From the NCBI GenBank assembly GCA_965205015.1, contig OZ242029.1, positions 288,001 to 352,000 of the forward strand: a stretch of DNA of 64,000 nt, given 5' to 3'. Source of the stretch: Candidatus Poribacteria bacterium. Lineage in GTDB: Bacteria > Poribacteria > WGA-4E > WGA-3G. Made by a program: the position numbers and the translations under genes. This document shows, piece by piece, positions 9,709 through 19,622 of this stretch. The notes beneath the pieces were generated by a model. That model had not been told where the DNA came from. It ran no database searches and worked only from the letters and a program-made list of their open reading frames with translations. Position 1 is the stretch's first letter. Every line of letters starts with the position of its first letter.

Positions 9709-10596
9709 ATGAAAAAGGTAATAACGCTTACAATCCTAATCGGGATCCTCGCCATTTCTATGCTCGGTTGTGGCACAGATACCGAGGATACAGTCGAGGA
9801 AATTGCCGAAGACAAGGTTCCCGTGTCGATAGGGATGGTCCTGATTCCCGAAGGTCCCTTTGAAATGGGTAGCACTGCGGACCACGCAAACATCGACGAA
9901 CAGCCTGTCCATACCGTCTATGTGGACGCGTTTTACATGGATAAACGCGAAGTAACGGTTCGCGCCTATCGGCACTTTGTGGAGGAAACGGGACATCGCG
10001 CCCCCGACTGGGAGCAGGTCGCTCTCTATTCCCCCACCGATGACCACCCTATCGTCTTTGTGAGTTGGCACGATGCGATGGCGTATGCGAAGTGGGCAGG
10101 CAAACGGTTGCCAACGGAAGCGGAATGGGAGAAAGCCGCACGCGGAAATCTGGTAGGAAAGATATATCCATGGGGGGACACAGCACCGGCAGCAGCTGCA
10201 AAAGTAATGTGCAACTTCGCTGATAAGAACCTCACACATTATTGGTGGGCGGATAAAGAGGTCGACGATGGTTATGTATACACTGCCCCTGTGGGGAGGT
10301 ATCTCCCGAACAAATATGGTCTGTCCGATATGACAGGGAACGTTTCGGAGTGGTGTCTTGACGAATATGATGAAGACTTCTATGAAATCTCACCAAGCAC
10401 AAACCCTGTTTCAGGGTCAGACACTGTCACAGAGATAAGCAATACCTTTGCAAGTGTTCAATCGTATCGAGTGCTACGGGGTGGCTCTTGGCTGGTTAAT
10501 GCGTTGGGGGTGCGGAACGCCGTTCGGTTCACTCTCAATCCATCCAGCACGAGCAGCAGTGTCGGTTTTCGTTGTGCGAAGGACTTGGATTTGTAA
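9709..10596 (+). CDS. Formylglycine-generating enzyme (SUMF1/FGE-sulfatase) domain lipoprotein
   Basis: Lipobox MLGC; RLPTEAEWEKAARG, DMTGNVSEW, RGGSW, GFRC. Confidence 0.9.
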   Translation: MKKVITLTILIGILAISMLGCGTDTEDTVEEIAEDKVPVSIGMVLIPEGPFEMGSTADHANIDEQPVHTVYVDAFYMDKREVTVRAYRHFVEETGHRAPDWEQVALYSPTDDHPIVFVSWHDAMAYAKWAGKRLPTEAEWEKAARGNLVGKIYPWGDTAPAAAAKVMCNFADKNLTHYWWADKEVDDGYVYTAPVGRYLPNKYGLSDMTGNVSEWCLDEYDEDFYEISPSTNPVSGSDTVTEISNTFASVQSYRVLRGGSWLVNALGVRNAVRFTLNPSSTSSSVGFRCAKDLDL

Positions 10597-10666
10597 AATA
10601 AGTGGATTTCATTTTGATCAAACGTGTTTTTCAAACATATCCGTCGCAGGAGGTCTCCGATTGAAC

Positions 10667-13468
10667 ATGCGAGTCAAAGGTTTCTTTTTCGTACTCACTG
10701 TTTTGCTCGGTTTTTTGCCATCGGGTTTTGCTCAAGACGCTCGTCCAATAGTGCAGATCGTCTACTTCCGCCCAAGCGATATGCCACTCCCTCCCGGCGT
10801 AGATGCAGAAATCGATGCCATGATCAAGAAAGCACAGCGGTTCTTCGCGGACAAGATGGAAGACCACGGATTCGGCAGAAAAACTTTTCAGTTTGAAGCG
10901 GACGCAAACGGAAATGTTGTCGTGCATCATGTAAATGGGAAATTGCCCATCGCAGATTATGAGAATAGTAATTACGCCTGGGTCCCAGAGATTAACGAAC
11001 AGATTCACATACGCCATGAGCGTATTCCCGTCTATATGATAGAGAGAGGGCAAAAAAGAATAACAGTGGGTAGAGGATGCGGTGAAGGCAGCAGATCTGG
11101 AGCACATATCTACTGTTGGGGGTGGACTGTCGTTGCTCATGAGCTCGGGCATGCCTTTGGCTTACCACATGATTTCCGCACCAACACCTATATCATGTCT
11201 TATGGGATAACCAAACTTAGCTTGTCGAAATGCTCCGCTGAATGGTTGAATGTCCACCCATTTTTTAACGTAGGTCAAGCTGCTATGAGTGAACGCTCAA
11301 CGATTAAAATGCTTCCACCAACCCTCGCTTCTCTTCCCAATAATATTCATCTCCGCTTTGAGATAACGGATCCCGATGGGCTCCATCAAGCAAAACTTAT
11401 CTTACCGACTGATAATGAGGCCCTGCTCGATTGTAAACCTTTGAGTGGCGAAAGCAGTATTATTGAATTTGACACAACCGGACTGAGACCGACAGATAAG
11501 TGGATAAATCTTAGCGTTATTGATATACGTGGAGACATCACGTATCAAGGTTATTCAATTGATATTACCGCCCTGCTGCCGCCTCCCGAAGTTGTGTTAA
11601 TACCTGATAAAAATTTAGCAAAACAAGTCCGGACTTGGCTTCGTCTGGCGCCAGAGGAAACACTCACTACACACGCGATGCTAAATTTAAAGGTTCTTGC
11701 TGCAAACGATAGTCAGATAAGAGATATCACAGGCCTTGAGCATGCTTACACACTAAGGACGTTGAATCTTCGCGGCAACCCTGCCTTGGATATATCTGAT
11801 GTATCTGCGCTTTCTGGGCTTACACAACTGACGTATCTGGACTTTGACGAGAACGGGATTTCAGATATATCCGCACTTTCAGAATTTACACAACTCAGAA
11901 CGCTGTATCTTAGGCAGAACAGGATTTCGGATATATCTGCGCTTTCCGGGCTTACACAACTGACTTATCTAGAGCTTGACTACAACAATATCTCGGATAT
12001 ATCTGTGCTTTCCAGGCTTACACAACTGATAGGGCTATCGGTTGGTTCCAATTCTATCTCGGATATATCCGCGCTTTCCGGGCTTACACAACTGACAAGC
12101 TTGTGGCTTCCCAGCAATTCTATCTCGGATATATCCGCGCTTTCTGGGCTTATACGATTAGATGAGCTTTTCCTTAGGAGTAACAGGATTTCGGATATAT
12201 CTGCGCTTTCTGAGCTTACACAACTGACTTATCTGGTGCTTGACAGCAACAATATCTCGGATATATCTGCGCTTTCTGGGCTTACACAACTGGCCACTCT
12301 ATGGATTGAGGACAACAATATTTCGGATATATCTGCACTTTCTGGGTTGACCCAGCTCGCTTCTTTGAATCTCGGGAACAACAATATCTCTGATGTGTCC
12401 CCCTTGCGGGCTTTAAACCTAACACGGACGGAGTCGGACCTCGGGGGGTTGTATCTTCACGGCAACCCACTGAGTTTCGCCTCCATCAACACGCACATCC
12501 CTGCCCTGCAGGCGAAAGGCATTGCGGTAACGTTTGACAACGTCGCACATCCGGCATTCGTGAAAATCTCAGATGATACCCAAGAAGGTGCTGCCGGGGC
12601 ACTATTAACTTCTCCGTTTGTCGTGGAAATACAGGATGAAAAAGGACAGCCAATGAAAGATGTGCCTGTCACGTTCACTATCCACGCCGGCGGTGGGATT
12701 CTTAGTCCCACTACCACCAAAACCGATGCTGAGGGCAAGGCACGCACATTCTTGACACTCGGTTGGATCCCCGGTCCCTCCATTGTCCGGGCAACTGCTG
12801 ATGGGATTCCGTCATACGTGCAGTTTACCGCTATGGCCACCGTGCTAACTGATCGCCTCGCTACAGATGTTAACGGCGATAGTGCCGTTGATGTGGAAGA
12901 CCTGCTCCTCGTTGCCGCCAGTGTCGGCACACCCTTTGTCCCCGATGTGATGCCTAATACAGATGTCAACGGCGATGGAATCGTCAATCATCAAGATGTG
13001 CAATTAGTCTTAGCTGCATTGGAGAACGCACCCGCTGCACCGTCTCTGGATACCCACTGGACTGCGACGAGTTTACAGCGGTGGATCGCAGAAGCGAAGC
13101 AGCGTAACATAGGTGATGCCATCCTTCAGCGCGGCATTGCGGTGTTGGAGCGGCTGCTTGTGGACCTATTGCCGAAGGAGATAGCACTTCTCGCCAACTA
13201 CCCGAATCCGTTCAATCCAGAGACATGGATACCGTATCAGTTGTCAGAACCAACGGATGTGACACTGCACATCTATGCAGTAGATGGGCAGGTCGTGCGG
13301 CAGTTGACGTTGGGGCATCAACCTGCCGGAATGTATCATAGCAAAAGTCGCGCGGCGTATTGGGATGGACGGAATGAGCAAGGTGAACACGTGGCGAGTG
13401 GCGTCTATTTCTATACGTTGTCCGCTGGCAATTTCAGCGCAACGCGGAAGATGTTAATACGGAAGTAG
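10667..13468 (+). CDS. Secreted metzincin metalloprotease with internalin-like LRRs, Ig-like (Big_1), dockerin and FlgD/T9SS-like C-terminal domain
   Basis: Signal peptide; HELGHAFGLPH plus YIMSY Met-turn; 22-aa ISDISALSGLTQL repeats; DVNGDG; NYPNPFNPETWIPY...TRKMLIRK. Confidence 0.85.
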   Translation: MRVKGFFFVLTVLLGFLPSGFAQDARPIVQIVYFRPSDMPLPPGVDAEIDAMIKKAQRFFADKMEDHGFGRKTFQFEADANGNVVVHHVNGKLPIADYENSNYAWVPEINEQIHIRHERIPVYMIERGQKRITVGRGCGEGSRSGAHIYCWGWTVVAHELGHAFGLPHDFRTNTYIMSYGITKLSLSKCSAEWLNVHPFFNVGQAAMSERSTIKMLPPTLASLPNNIHLRFEITDPDGLHQAKLILPTDNEALLDCKPLSGESSIIEFDTTGLRPTDKWINLSVIDIRGDITYQGYSIDITALLPPPEVVLIPDKNLAKQVRTWLRLAPEETLTTHAMLNLKVLAANDSQIRDITGLEHAYTLRTLNLRGNPALDISDVSALSGLTQLTYLDFDENGISDISALSEFTQLRTLYLRQNRISDISALSGLTQLTYLELDYNNISDISVLSRLTQLIGLSVGSNSISDISALSGLTQLTSLWLPSNSISDISALSGLIRLDELFLRSNRISDISALSELTQLTYLVLDSNNISDISALSGLTQLATLWIEDNNISDISALSGLTQLASLNLGNNNISDVSPLRALNLTRTESDLGGLYLHGNPLSFASINTHIPALQAKGIAVTFDNVAHPAFVKISDDTQEGAAGALLTSPFVVEIQDEKGQPMKDVPVTFTIHAGGGILSPTTTKTDAEGKARTFLTLGWIPGPSIVRATADGIPSYVQFTAMATVLTDRLATDVNGDSAVDVEDLLLVAASVGTPFVPDVMPNTDVNGDGIVNHQDVQLVLAALENAPAAPSLDTHWTATSLQRWIAEAKQRNIGDAILQRGIAVLERLLVDLLPKEIALLANYPNPFNPETWIPYQLSEPTDVTLHIYAVDGQVVRQLTLGHQPAGMYHSKSRAAYWDGRNEQGEHVASGVYFYTLSAGNFSATRKMLIRK
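11790..12400 (+). repeat. 66-bp tandem coding repeats (LRR)
   Basis: Recurrent tcggatatatctgcgctttctgggcttacacaactg, about ten units. Confidence 0.85.
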
Positions 13469-13499
13469 GAGGCACACCCCTTGAAGGGATACTACCGAA

Positions 13500-13596
13500 G
13501 AACGCGCAATGAATTGCGCTACTACAAACGAAAGACTGTCCTATTCTTAAAATCCGCGTTCATCTGTGTCATCTGTGTAATCCGTGATTCAGGCAA
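13500..13596. repeat. GTAG-type REP hairpin (minus strand) followed by a 9-bp-periodic intergenic repeat
   Basis: gaacgcgcaatgaattgcgctactac; aatccgcgttcatctgtgtcatctgtgtaatccgtgattcaggcaa, whose reverse complement resembles 63065-63111. Confidence 0.6.
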
Positions 13597-13678
13597 CAAT
13601 TATGAGTTCCCTTACCTTAAAATAGTGCTATGGCAAACGGCATATGCTTGCTACTTTCAAAAAATAAGGAAGTGTTGA

Positions 13679-16180
13679 ATGCGATTCATATCTCTGTTTT
13701 TGGCAATAGTTGCTTCGTTAATCCTGTCACATATCGCTTTTGCACAGGAGCATACTTACCTTACACATGGCGGTGTCGTTCGCACTGTCGCGTATTCGCC
13801 TGTCAATGCTTCCGTCATTGCGAGTGCAGGAGACACTGGCGAAATAAAACTGTGGGATTTGCAAAACGATACTGTCACAACGTTCAGAGGGCACACGCAT
13901 CCAGTCAATGCCCTGACATTTTCACCGAATGGACGGTGGCTGATCAGTGGCAGTGATGACGCTACATTCAGAGTGTGGGACGTTTCACAGGGGATACAAA
14001 TCAGGAGCCTCCAACACATCAACAATCGGACCCCCTCACAAATCAAAGCAGTGGCGTTTTCACCGAATGGACAACTCCTCGCCACAGCGGGGGTGCATGT
14101 CAAACTTTGGGATACCCGCAGTTGGTCCGAGATAACCACACTTCGACACGACGAGTGGATCTGGGCGGTTGCTTTTTCCAGCAATGGCACGCTACTCGCC
14201 ACGGGAGATACCAGCGGACAGGTTAACGTCTGGAACCTTCAAAACCAACGTCCCGTTACGCAACTCCATGTTGGTTCCAATTCCGTCTATACCGTCCAGT
14301 TTTCCCCGAACGACCAAATCCTTGCCGGAGCAGGATACGAAGGGAATGTCAAATTATGGACAGTCCCGAATTGGAAACCGCATGGCACGCTGACCTCTAA
14401 CAGCACAATCTCCGATATTAGTTTTTCGCTTGACGGCAGCATGCTCACGGGCACCGGATATGAATCTGTGAATCTCTGGAAGGTTGACAGTGGCGAGAAA
14501 ATTATCACGCTCACAGGACACACCGGATGGGTGAAAGCCGTCGCCTTCTCTCCAGATGGCAGTGCACTGATGAGTGGCGGTGAAGACGAAACGCTGCGAC
14601 TCTGGGATGTCACGCCCTATCGTTCCATCCTTCCGGATATGGTGCGAATTGTCTACTTCCTGCCGCGCGATCGCAGCACGCAACCCGGTATCTGGACAAA
14701 GGTGGATACGCTCATAAGGGATGTCCAACGTTTTTATGCAGACCAGATGGAAATTAACGGATTCGGTAGGAAAACCTTTACGTATGAAACCGATGATAAC
14801 GGCGACCTGCGGGCGTACCGCGTTGACGGACAATTCAGAGACCGATATTACCATACAGACACAGCAAACAAGGTCTACGATGAAGTCGCCTCTCTGTTTA
14901 ACACGGAAAAGCACATCTATCTCATCTTTGCAGATGTCAGTAGTGAGTTCATTGGGGCAGAAGGTAAGTGTGGTATCGGGGGCGGCAATTGGTTTGAGAA
15001 TGAACTTTTGGTAAGAGCCCGAGGGGGACGCGCTGTGATACCCGCCTCCGGTGTGTGTTTCGAGGGTGCGTATGGCGTTACTGTGGCGGCGCATGAGCTC
15101 GGACACGCCTTCGGCTTAGAGCACGACTTTCGAGACGATGCGTATATTATGTCCTACGGCGCAGCACCTGACCGATTGTCCAAGTGCGCCACCAGATGGT
15201 TGAACGCAAATCGCTTTTTCAACACCGACCAAACCGCCTACAATGAGCCAACAACGATTCAGATGCTGACACCCTCAGCTTATCTTGCAAACGCGAGAAA
15301 CTTTACGCTCCAATTTGAAGTAACGGACGCAGATGGTATCCATCAAGCCCAACTACTCGTCCCGGTGACCCCGGCGGACCCAGCATCGGGGGTCAAGTTA
15401 CACAGTTGTAAGGATTTACACACCCACAGCAGTATCCTTGAGTTTAGCACCCCAACGCTAACGGCCCGCCACATTAATGACATCGTGCTCCAAGTGATCG
15501 ATGTATATGGAAACATTACACGGCAGAATTACACACTCACAGCAAATAACGCCTTACTCTCCCAGAACCGCGCCGATGTCAACAGAGATGGAACGGTTAA
15601 CATCCTGGATCTCGTATGGGTATCGTCCCATTTTGGGCAGACGGGGAAAAATCGTGCGGATGTCAACGATGATGGTCTTGTCAACATCGCAGATCTCGTC
15701 TTGATCGCGGGGGCGTTAGGAGAAGGGGCAGCCACTGCGCCTACACTACGTCCATCGATTCTTGAAGGACTTCCTGCATCGGAGATCCAATACCTGCTAA
15801 CGCAGGCGCGTCAAATGGCACTGACAGAGCCCGCGTATTTGCGCGGCATTGCCGTGCTGGAGCAACTCCTTGACCGCTTACTGCCGAAAGAGACAGCACT
15901 GCTACCAAACTACCCGAACCCATTTAACCCAGAGACGTGGATACCCTATCAGTTATCGGAACCTGCGGAAGTGACGTTGCACATCTATGCTGTGAATGGG
16001 ACATTGGTGCGGACGTTGACGGTGGGGCATCAATCCGCTGGAATATATTACAGCAAAAGCCACGCGGCGTATTGGGATGGCAGAAATGAACAGGGAGAAC
16101 GCGTGGCAAGTGGCATTTATTTCTATACCTTGTCTGCAGGAGACTTCACAGCGACACGGAAGATGCTGATTCGGGAGTAG
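13679..16180 (+). CDS. Secreted WD40 beta-propeller with metzincin domain, dockerin and FlgD/T9SS-like C-terminus
   Basis: GHT...VAFSP...LWD repeats; HELGHAFGLEH/YIMSY; DVNRDG; NYPNPFNPETWIPY. Confidence 0.85.
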   Translation: MRFISLFLAIVASLILSHIAFAQEHTYLTHGGVVRTVAYSPVNASVIASAGDTGEIKLWDLQNDTVTTFRGHTHPVNALTFSPNGRWLISGSDDATFRVWDVSQGIQIRSLQHINNRTPSQIKAVAFSPNGQLLATAGVHVKLWDTRSWSEITTLRHDEWIWAVAFSSNGTLLATGDTSGQVNVWNLQNQRPVTQLHVGSNSVYTVQFSPNDQILAGAGYEGNVKLWTVPNWKPHGTLTSNSTISDISFSLDGSMLTGTGYESVNLWKVDSGEKIITLTGHTGWVKAVAFSPDGSALMSGGEDETLRLWDVTPYRSILPDMVRIVYFLPRDRSTQPGIWTKVDTLIRDVQRFYADQMEINGFGRKTFTYETDDNGDLRAYRVDGQFRDRYYHTDTANKVYDEVASLFNTEKHIYLIFADVSSEFIGAEGKCGIGGGNWFENELLVRARGGRAVIPASGVCFEGAYGVTVAAHELGHAFGLEHDFRDDAYIMSYGAAPDRLSKCATRWLNANRFFNTDQTAYNEPTTIQMLTPSAYLANARNFTLQFEVTDADGIHQAQLLVPVTPADPASGVKLHSCKDLHTHSSILEFSTPTLTARHINDIVLQVIDVYGNITRQNYTLTANNALLSQNRADVNRDGTVNILDLVWVSSHFGQTGKNRADVNDDGLVNIADLVLIAGALGEGAATAPTLRPSILEGLPASEIQYLLTQARQMALTEPAYLRGIAVLEQLLDRLLPKETALLPNYPNPFNPETWIPYQLSEPAEVTLHIYAVNGTLVRTLTVGHQSAGIYYSKSHAAYWDGRNEQGERVASGIYFYTLSAGDFTATRKMLIRE

Positions 16181-16189
16181 GAATTATGC

Positions 16190-16218
16190 TTGACATCGTA
16201 CTCCGAGCGTGTTATACT
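16190..16218 (+). promoter_or_regulatory. Sigma70 promoter
   Basis: TTGACA-17-TATACT. Confidence 0.7.
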
Positions 16219-16277
16219 TAACTTCGTAAAGTCAACTTTGTAACTCCCGTCGTTTAACCGCAAGGAATAATTAAAAA

Positions 16278-17069
16278 ATGAATCTCGGACTCACGGATAA
16301 AATTGCAGTCGTAGGTGCCTCAAGCAAAGGACTTGGGCGCGCAATTGCCCTCGGGTTAGCACACGAGGGCGCGAAGGTCACGATCTGCGCAAGAGAGAGT
16401 GACACCCTGGAAGCAACAGCAGACGACATTCGCAACCAGACCGGCACTGACGTTTTAGCGGTACCGACCGACGTCAGTCAACCCGAACAGGTTGAAAATC
16501 TCATTCGCACAGCGATTGGACACTTCGGTGGTATCGATATTTTGGTTAACAACGCCGGTGGCCCCAGAGCCGGACGGTTTGATGACTTGGAAGCACAGGA
16601 CTATCAAGATGCTGTCCAGTTGAACCTGATGAGCACGATAAACCTCTGCCGCGCCGTTGTTCCGACGATGCAGGCACGCGGCGGCGGACGGATCATCAAC
16701 CTTACCTCTGTCTCTGTTAAGCAACCCGTCGACGGACTGATGCTATCCAATATGGCACGGACAGGCGTCATTGGATTTGCGAAGACCCTCGCCACAGAGT
16801 TAGCACCCGACAAAATCCTCGTTAACAATGTCTGTCCCGGTATTATATTCACCGACCGCATCCGTCAACTCGCAACTGTCCGCGCAGAAGAGGGTGGCAT
16901 TACGTTTGATGAGGCACTCGCAAATATGACTGCAGATATCCCGCTCGGTAGAATCGGCGACCCAGACGAATTCGCAACCTTAGTCGTTTTTCTTGCATCC
17001 GAACGCGCAAGCTACATCACCGGAACGACAATTCAGGTAGACGGCGGTATGGTGAAGTCCCTGCTTTAA
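16278..17069 (+). CDS. Short-chain dehydrogenase/reductase
   Basis: GASSKGLG, NNAGGP, SNMAR, VDGG. Confidence 0.9.
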   Translation: MNLGLTDKIAVVGASSKGLGRAIALGLAHEGAKVTICARESDTLEATADDIRNQTGTDVLAVPTDVSQPEQVENLIRTAIGHFGGIDILVNNAGGPRAGRFDDLEAQDYQDAVQLNLMSTINLCRAVVPTMQARGGGRIINLTSVSVKQPVDGLMLSNMARTGVIGFAKTLATELAPDKILVNNVCPGIIFTDRIRQLATVRAEEGGITFDEALANMTADIPLGRIGDPDEFATLVVFLASERASYITGTTIQVDGGMVKSLL

Positions 17070-17177
17070 GGGTTATCAGTTGTCAGTTATCGGTTAAGAG
17101 AGGGTTTGTGGAATTGACGCAATATACAACCGCCATACATTTTAACTGATACCCCTTAGACGGAGGCATGATGAACG

Positions 17178-17903
17178 ATGTTAATATCCGTAATCATTCC
17201 TGCGTTTAATGAGGAGCAAACCATTGAACAGGTCGTTAAGGCTGTCAGTTCGTTACCCATCGAAAAGCAACTGATCGTTGTCAACGACGGTTCCACCGAC
17301 GGGACCTACAAGGTCGTTGAGGAATTGCGCGCGACTTATGAACTGACCGTCGTGCATTGCCAAGAGAACAGAGGTAAAGGATTCGCAATTCGGAGTGGAC
17401 TTCCGCACGTGAAGGGAGAGGTAGTCGTTATCCAAGACGCAGACATGGAATTAACACCAGCGGATCTCTCTACAGTCGTGAAACCGTTTGAAAAGCAGAA
17501 CGTTCAGGTCGTCTATGGATCAAGGTTTCTAAACGGACAGGGAAACGCCAGTCTTCAGAACTTCATCGCGAACCGGATCCTTGCTACCTACACAAATCTC
17601 CTTTACGGATGTCGAATTACCGATGAATCGACAGGCTACAAAGCCTTCTCAACAGAATTGATAACACGTTTAAATTTAACGTGTGAAGGATTTGAATTCT
17701 GCCCGGAGGTCACAGCAAAGATTTTGCGGGCAGGCTATTGTATCTATGAAGTGCCGGTCTCCTATTTTCCGCGCACGAAAAAGCAGGGCAAGAAACTCCG
17801 ATTCTGGTCGGATGGATTTTTTGCTGCATGGACGCTTTTAAAATATCGTTTTATTTCAGAAACTGAACTTTTCAAGAATACAACGCACGGTGAATTGCAT
17901 TAA
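17178..17903 (+). CDS. Glycosyltransferase family 2 (DPM1-like)
   Basis: IPAFNEE, VNDGSTDGT, QDADME, VYGSRF. Confidence 0.9.
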   Translation: MLISVIIPAFNEEQTIEQVVKAVSSLPIEKQLIVVNDGSTDGTYKVVEELRATYELTVVHCQENRGKGFAIRSGLPHVKGEVVVIQDADMELTPADLSTVVKPFEKQNVQVVYGSRFLNGQGNASLQNFIANRILATYTNLLYGCRITDESTGYKAFSTELITRLNLTCEGFEFCPEVTAKILRAGYCIYEVPVSYFPRTKKQGKKLRFWSDGFFAAWTLLKYRFISETELFKNTTHGELH

Positions 17904-17935
17904 CAGACAATATTTGGAGGTTGAATCGAAGAATT

Positions 17936-19552
17936 ATGTTAAAAAAAACCGTTTATTCTATGCTTATTCTTCTACTGGTGGGCGGCGTGTCCCTCTTTGT
18001 GTTTGGGCACGGCAATCTCCCTACCCTATTGGAAGACGTTAATAAAGACGGCGAAGTGAACATCCAAGACTTGGTGCTTGTCGCCGGTTCCTTTGGTCAA
18101 CCCAGGGATCGTAACGCCGAACAGGATCCTGATGTGAATCGCGACGGGATTGTCAATGTCTTAGACCTCGTTCGTGTGAGCAACAGTTTTGGACAAACCG
18201 CCCCGAGTGAAAACTCAGCGTATCACGAGATTCAGGAGGCAGTCTTTGATAAGAGCTGCGCGAGCAGTGCCTGCCATGCCGCGCCTGCAAATTCCCGCGA
18301 TTTGAATCTCACCTACGGTCTCTCCTACGAAGCGTTGGTTGGCGTCGTGCCACAGAATCCCACAGCGGCAGCAGCGGGTATGAAACTCGTTGATCCAGGG
18401 AACCCAGAGAACAGCTTTCTTTTGACGAAACTAATGGGACCGACAGACCCAGCACAAGGGGCACGGATGCCGTTCGGTGGCGGGGTTATCCATACGGCGA
18501 AGATAAATGCGATTCGGACATGGATTGAAGCAGGCGCGCCACAGACCGGGAAAATCGCAGGTATCGCGGATCTCGGTGTTCTCCGCGATCCTGACGAAGT
18601 CTTTGAACCCCCCGCACCGCCTGCGCCTGGCGAAGGGTATCAACTCCATTTGCCGCCGTTCAAAATCGAACCCCACACTGAACGGGAGGTTTTTCACGCC
18701 ACCCAAATTGAGGATGAAAATGGAAACCCGGTAGAAGGAGACATCTTTATTAATCGAGTAGAGATTTTCTATCCGGCTGGGAGCCACCACTTCATCCTAT
18801 ATCGACTTACCGAAGAAGGTTTAGCGAAAGGTCTTTTGGATAACGGGATAATCCCTGATATTGCCGTTAATCCTGAACATAGGTTCCGCGAACTGGATAC
18901 AGATCACCCAGATCCGGTATTCGGCTACTTCGCTGTTGACAGACTTTTCGTCGTCGGAACACAAACCGATGATACCCTCTTTGAGTTCCCAGAAGGTGTA
19001 GGGCTACGACTCCCGGGGAATACTGTCTACGACCTGAATTCCCACTACATCAATCTGCTCGGCGACGAAACGCTGATTGGCGAAACCTACGTCAATATCT
19101 ACACAATTCCGGAGGCAGAAGTTCAGTACGAGGCATTTGAGATTTTCTACTCTAATCGGTCAATTAACGTGCCACCCGGAACAACGCGTGTCGCTAAAAT
19201 GACACAACTTGTTAAAGACGAACTGGGACGCCGAGGACATGCCCCGGAGGCGACGATGAGTGTCTTTTTGCTGACATCTCACATGCATCGGCACGGTGAA
19301 TTGTTTGAAATTTTTCAGAAGTCAACAGGCAATTTGTTGCACCGGAGTATTGCTTACGACGATGCACCGATTGATCTATTCGATCCGGTTCTTCGCTTAG
19401 ATCCGGATGATGGTCTCAGTTTCCAGTGTACGCATAACAACTACGATACAGATAAGCCCCTCAAATTCGGACTTACGTCTGAAGATGAGATGTGCCTCAT
19501 CTTTGGCTATTATTATGTCCCGACCGGCAGCGCGGGAGATATAATTAAGTAG
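17936..19552 (+). CDS. Secreted dockerin + heme-c-like domain + copper type II (PHM/DBH-like) monooxygenase fusion
   Basis: DVNKDG/DVNRDG; CASSACH...MP...IRTWIEAGA; SHH, NSHY, SHMH, EDEMC copper ligands; alternative TTG start at 17921. Confidence 0.7.
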   Translation: MLKKTVYSMLILLLVGGVSLFVFGHGNLPTLLEDVNKDGEVNIQDLVLVAGSFGQPRDRNAEQDPDVNRDGIVNVLDLVRVSNSFGQTAPSENSAYHEIQEAVFDKSCASSACHAAPANSRDLNLTYGLSYEALVGVVPQNPTAAAAGMKLVDPGNPENSFLLTKLMGPTDPAQGARMPFGGGVIHTAKINAIRTWIEAGAPQTGKIAGIADLGVLRDPDEVFEPPAPPAPGEGYQLHLPPFKIEPHTEREVFHATQIEDENGNPVEGDIFINRVEIFYPAGSHHFILYRLTEEGLAKGLLDNGIIPDIAVNPEHRFRELDTDHPDPVFGYFAVDRLFVVGTQTDDTLFEFPEGVGLRLPGNTVYDLNSHYINLLGDETLIGETYVNIYTIPEAEVQYEAFEIFYSNRSINVPPGTTRVAKMTQLVKDELGRRGHAPEATMSVFLLTSHMHRHGELFEIFQKSTGNLLHRSIAYDDAPIDLFDPVLRLDPDDGLSFQCTHNNYDTDKPLKFGLTSEDEMCLIFGYYYVPTGSAGDIIK

Positions 19553-19615
19553 GGGCTGGGTTACCCAACCCCTACCCCGCAAACAAAGGAAGGCGCGCTT
19601 TTTAAGCGCGCTTTT
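19549..19615 (+). repeat. GTAG-type REP hairpin followed by a terminator-like hairpin
   Basis: gtaggggctgggttacccaacccctac; aggcgcgctttttaagcgcgctttt. Confidence 0.6.
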
Positions 19616-19622
19616 CTCTTAC

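Noticed and set aside
11790-12400. LRR, TPR (about 59130-59440) and 54-bp (about 35315-35470) repeats as non-coding arrays or DGR template/variable repeats
   Set aside because: All are in-frame protein repeats; no reverse transcriptase and no adenine-specific divergence pattern seen
13639-13652. Sigma54 promoter before the WD40 protease
   Set aside because: GG to GC spacing is 9 nt rather than the required 10
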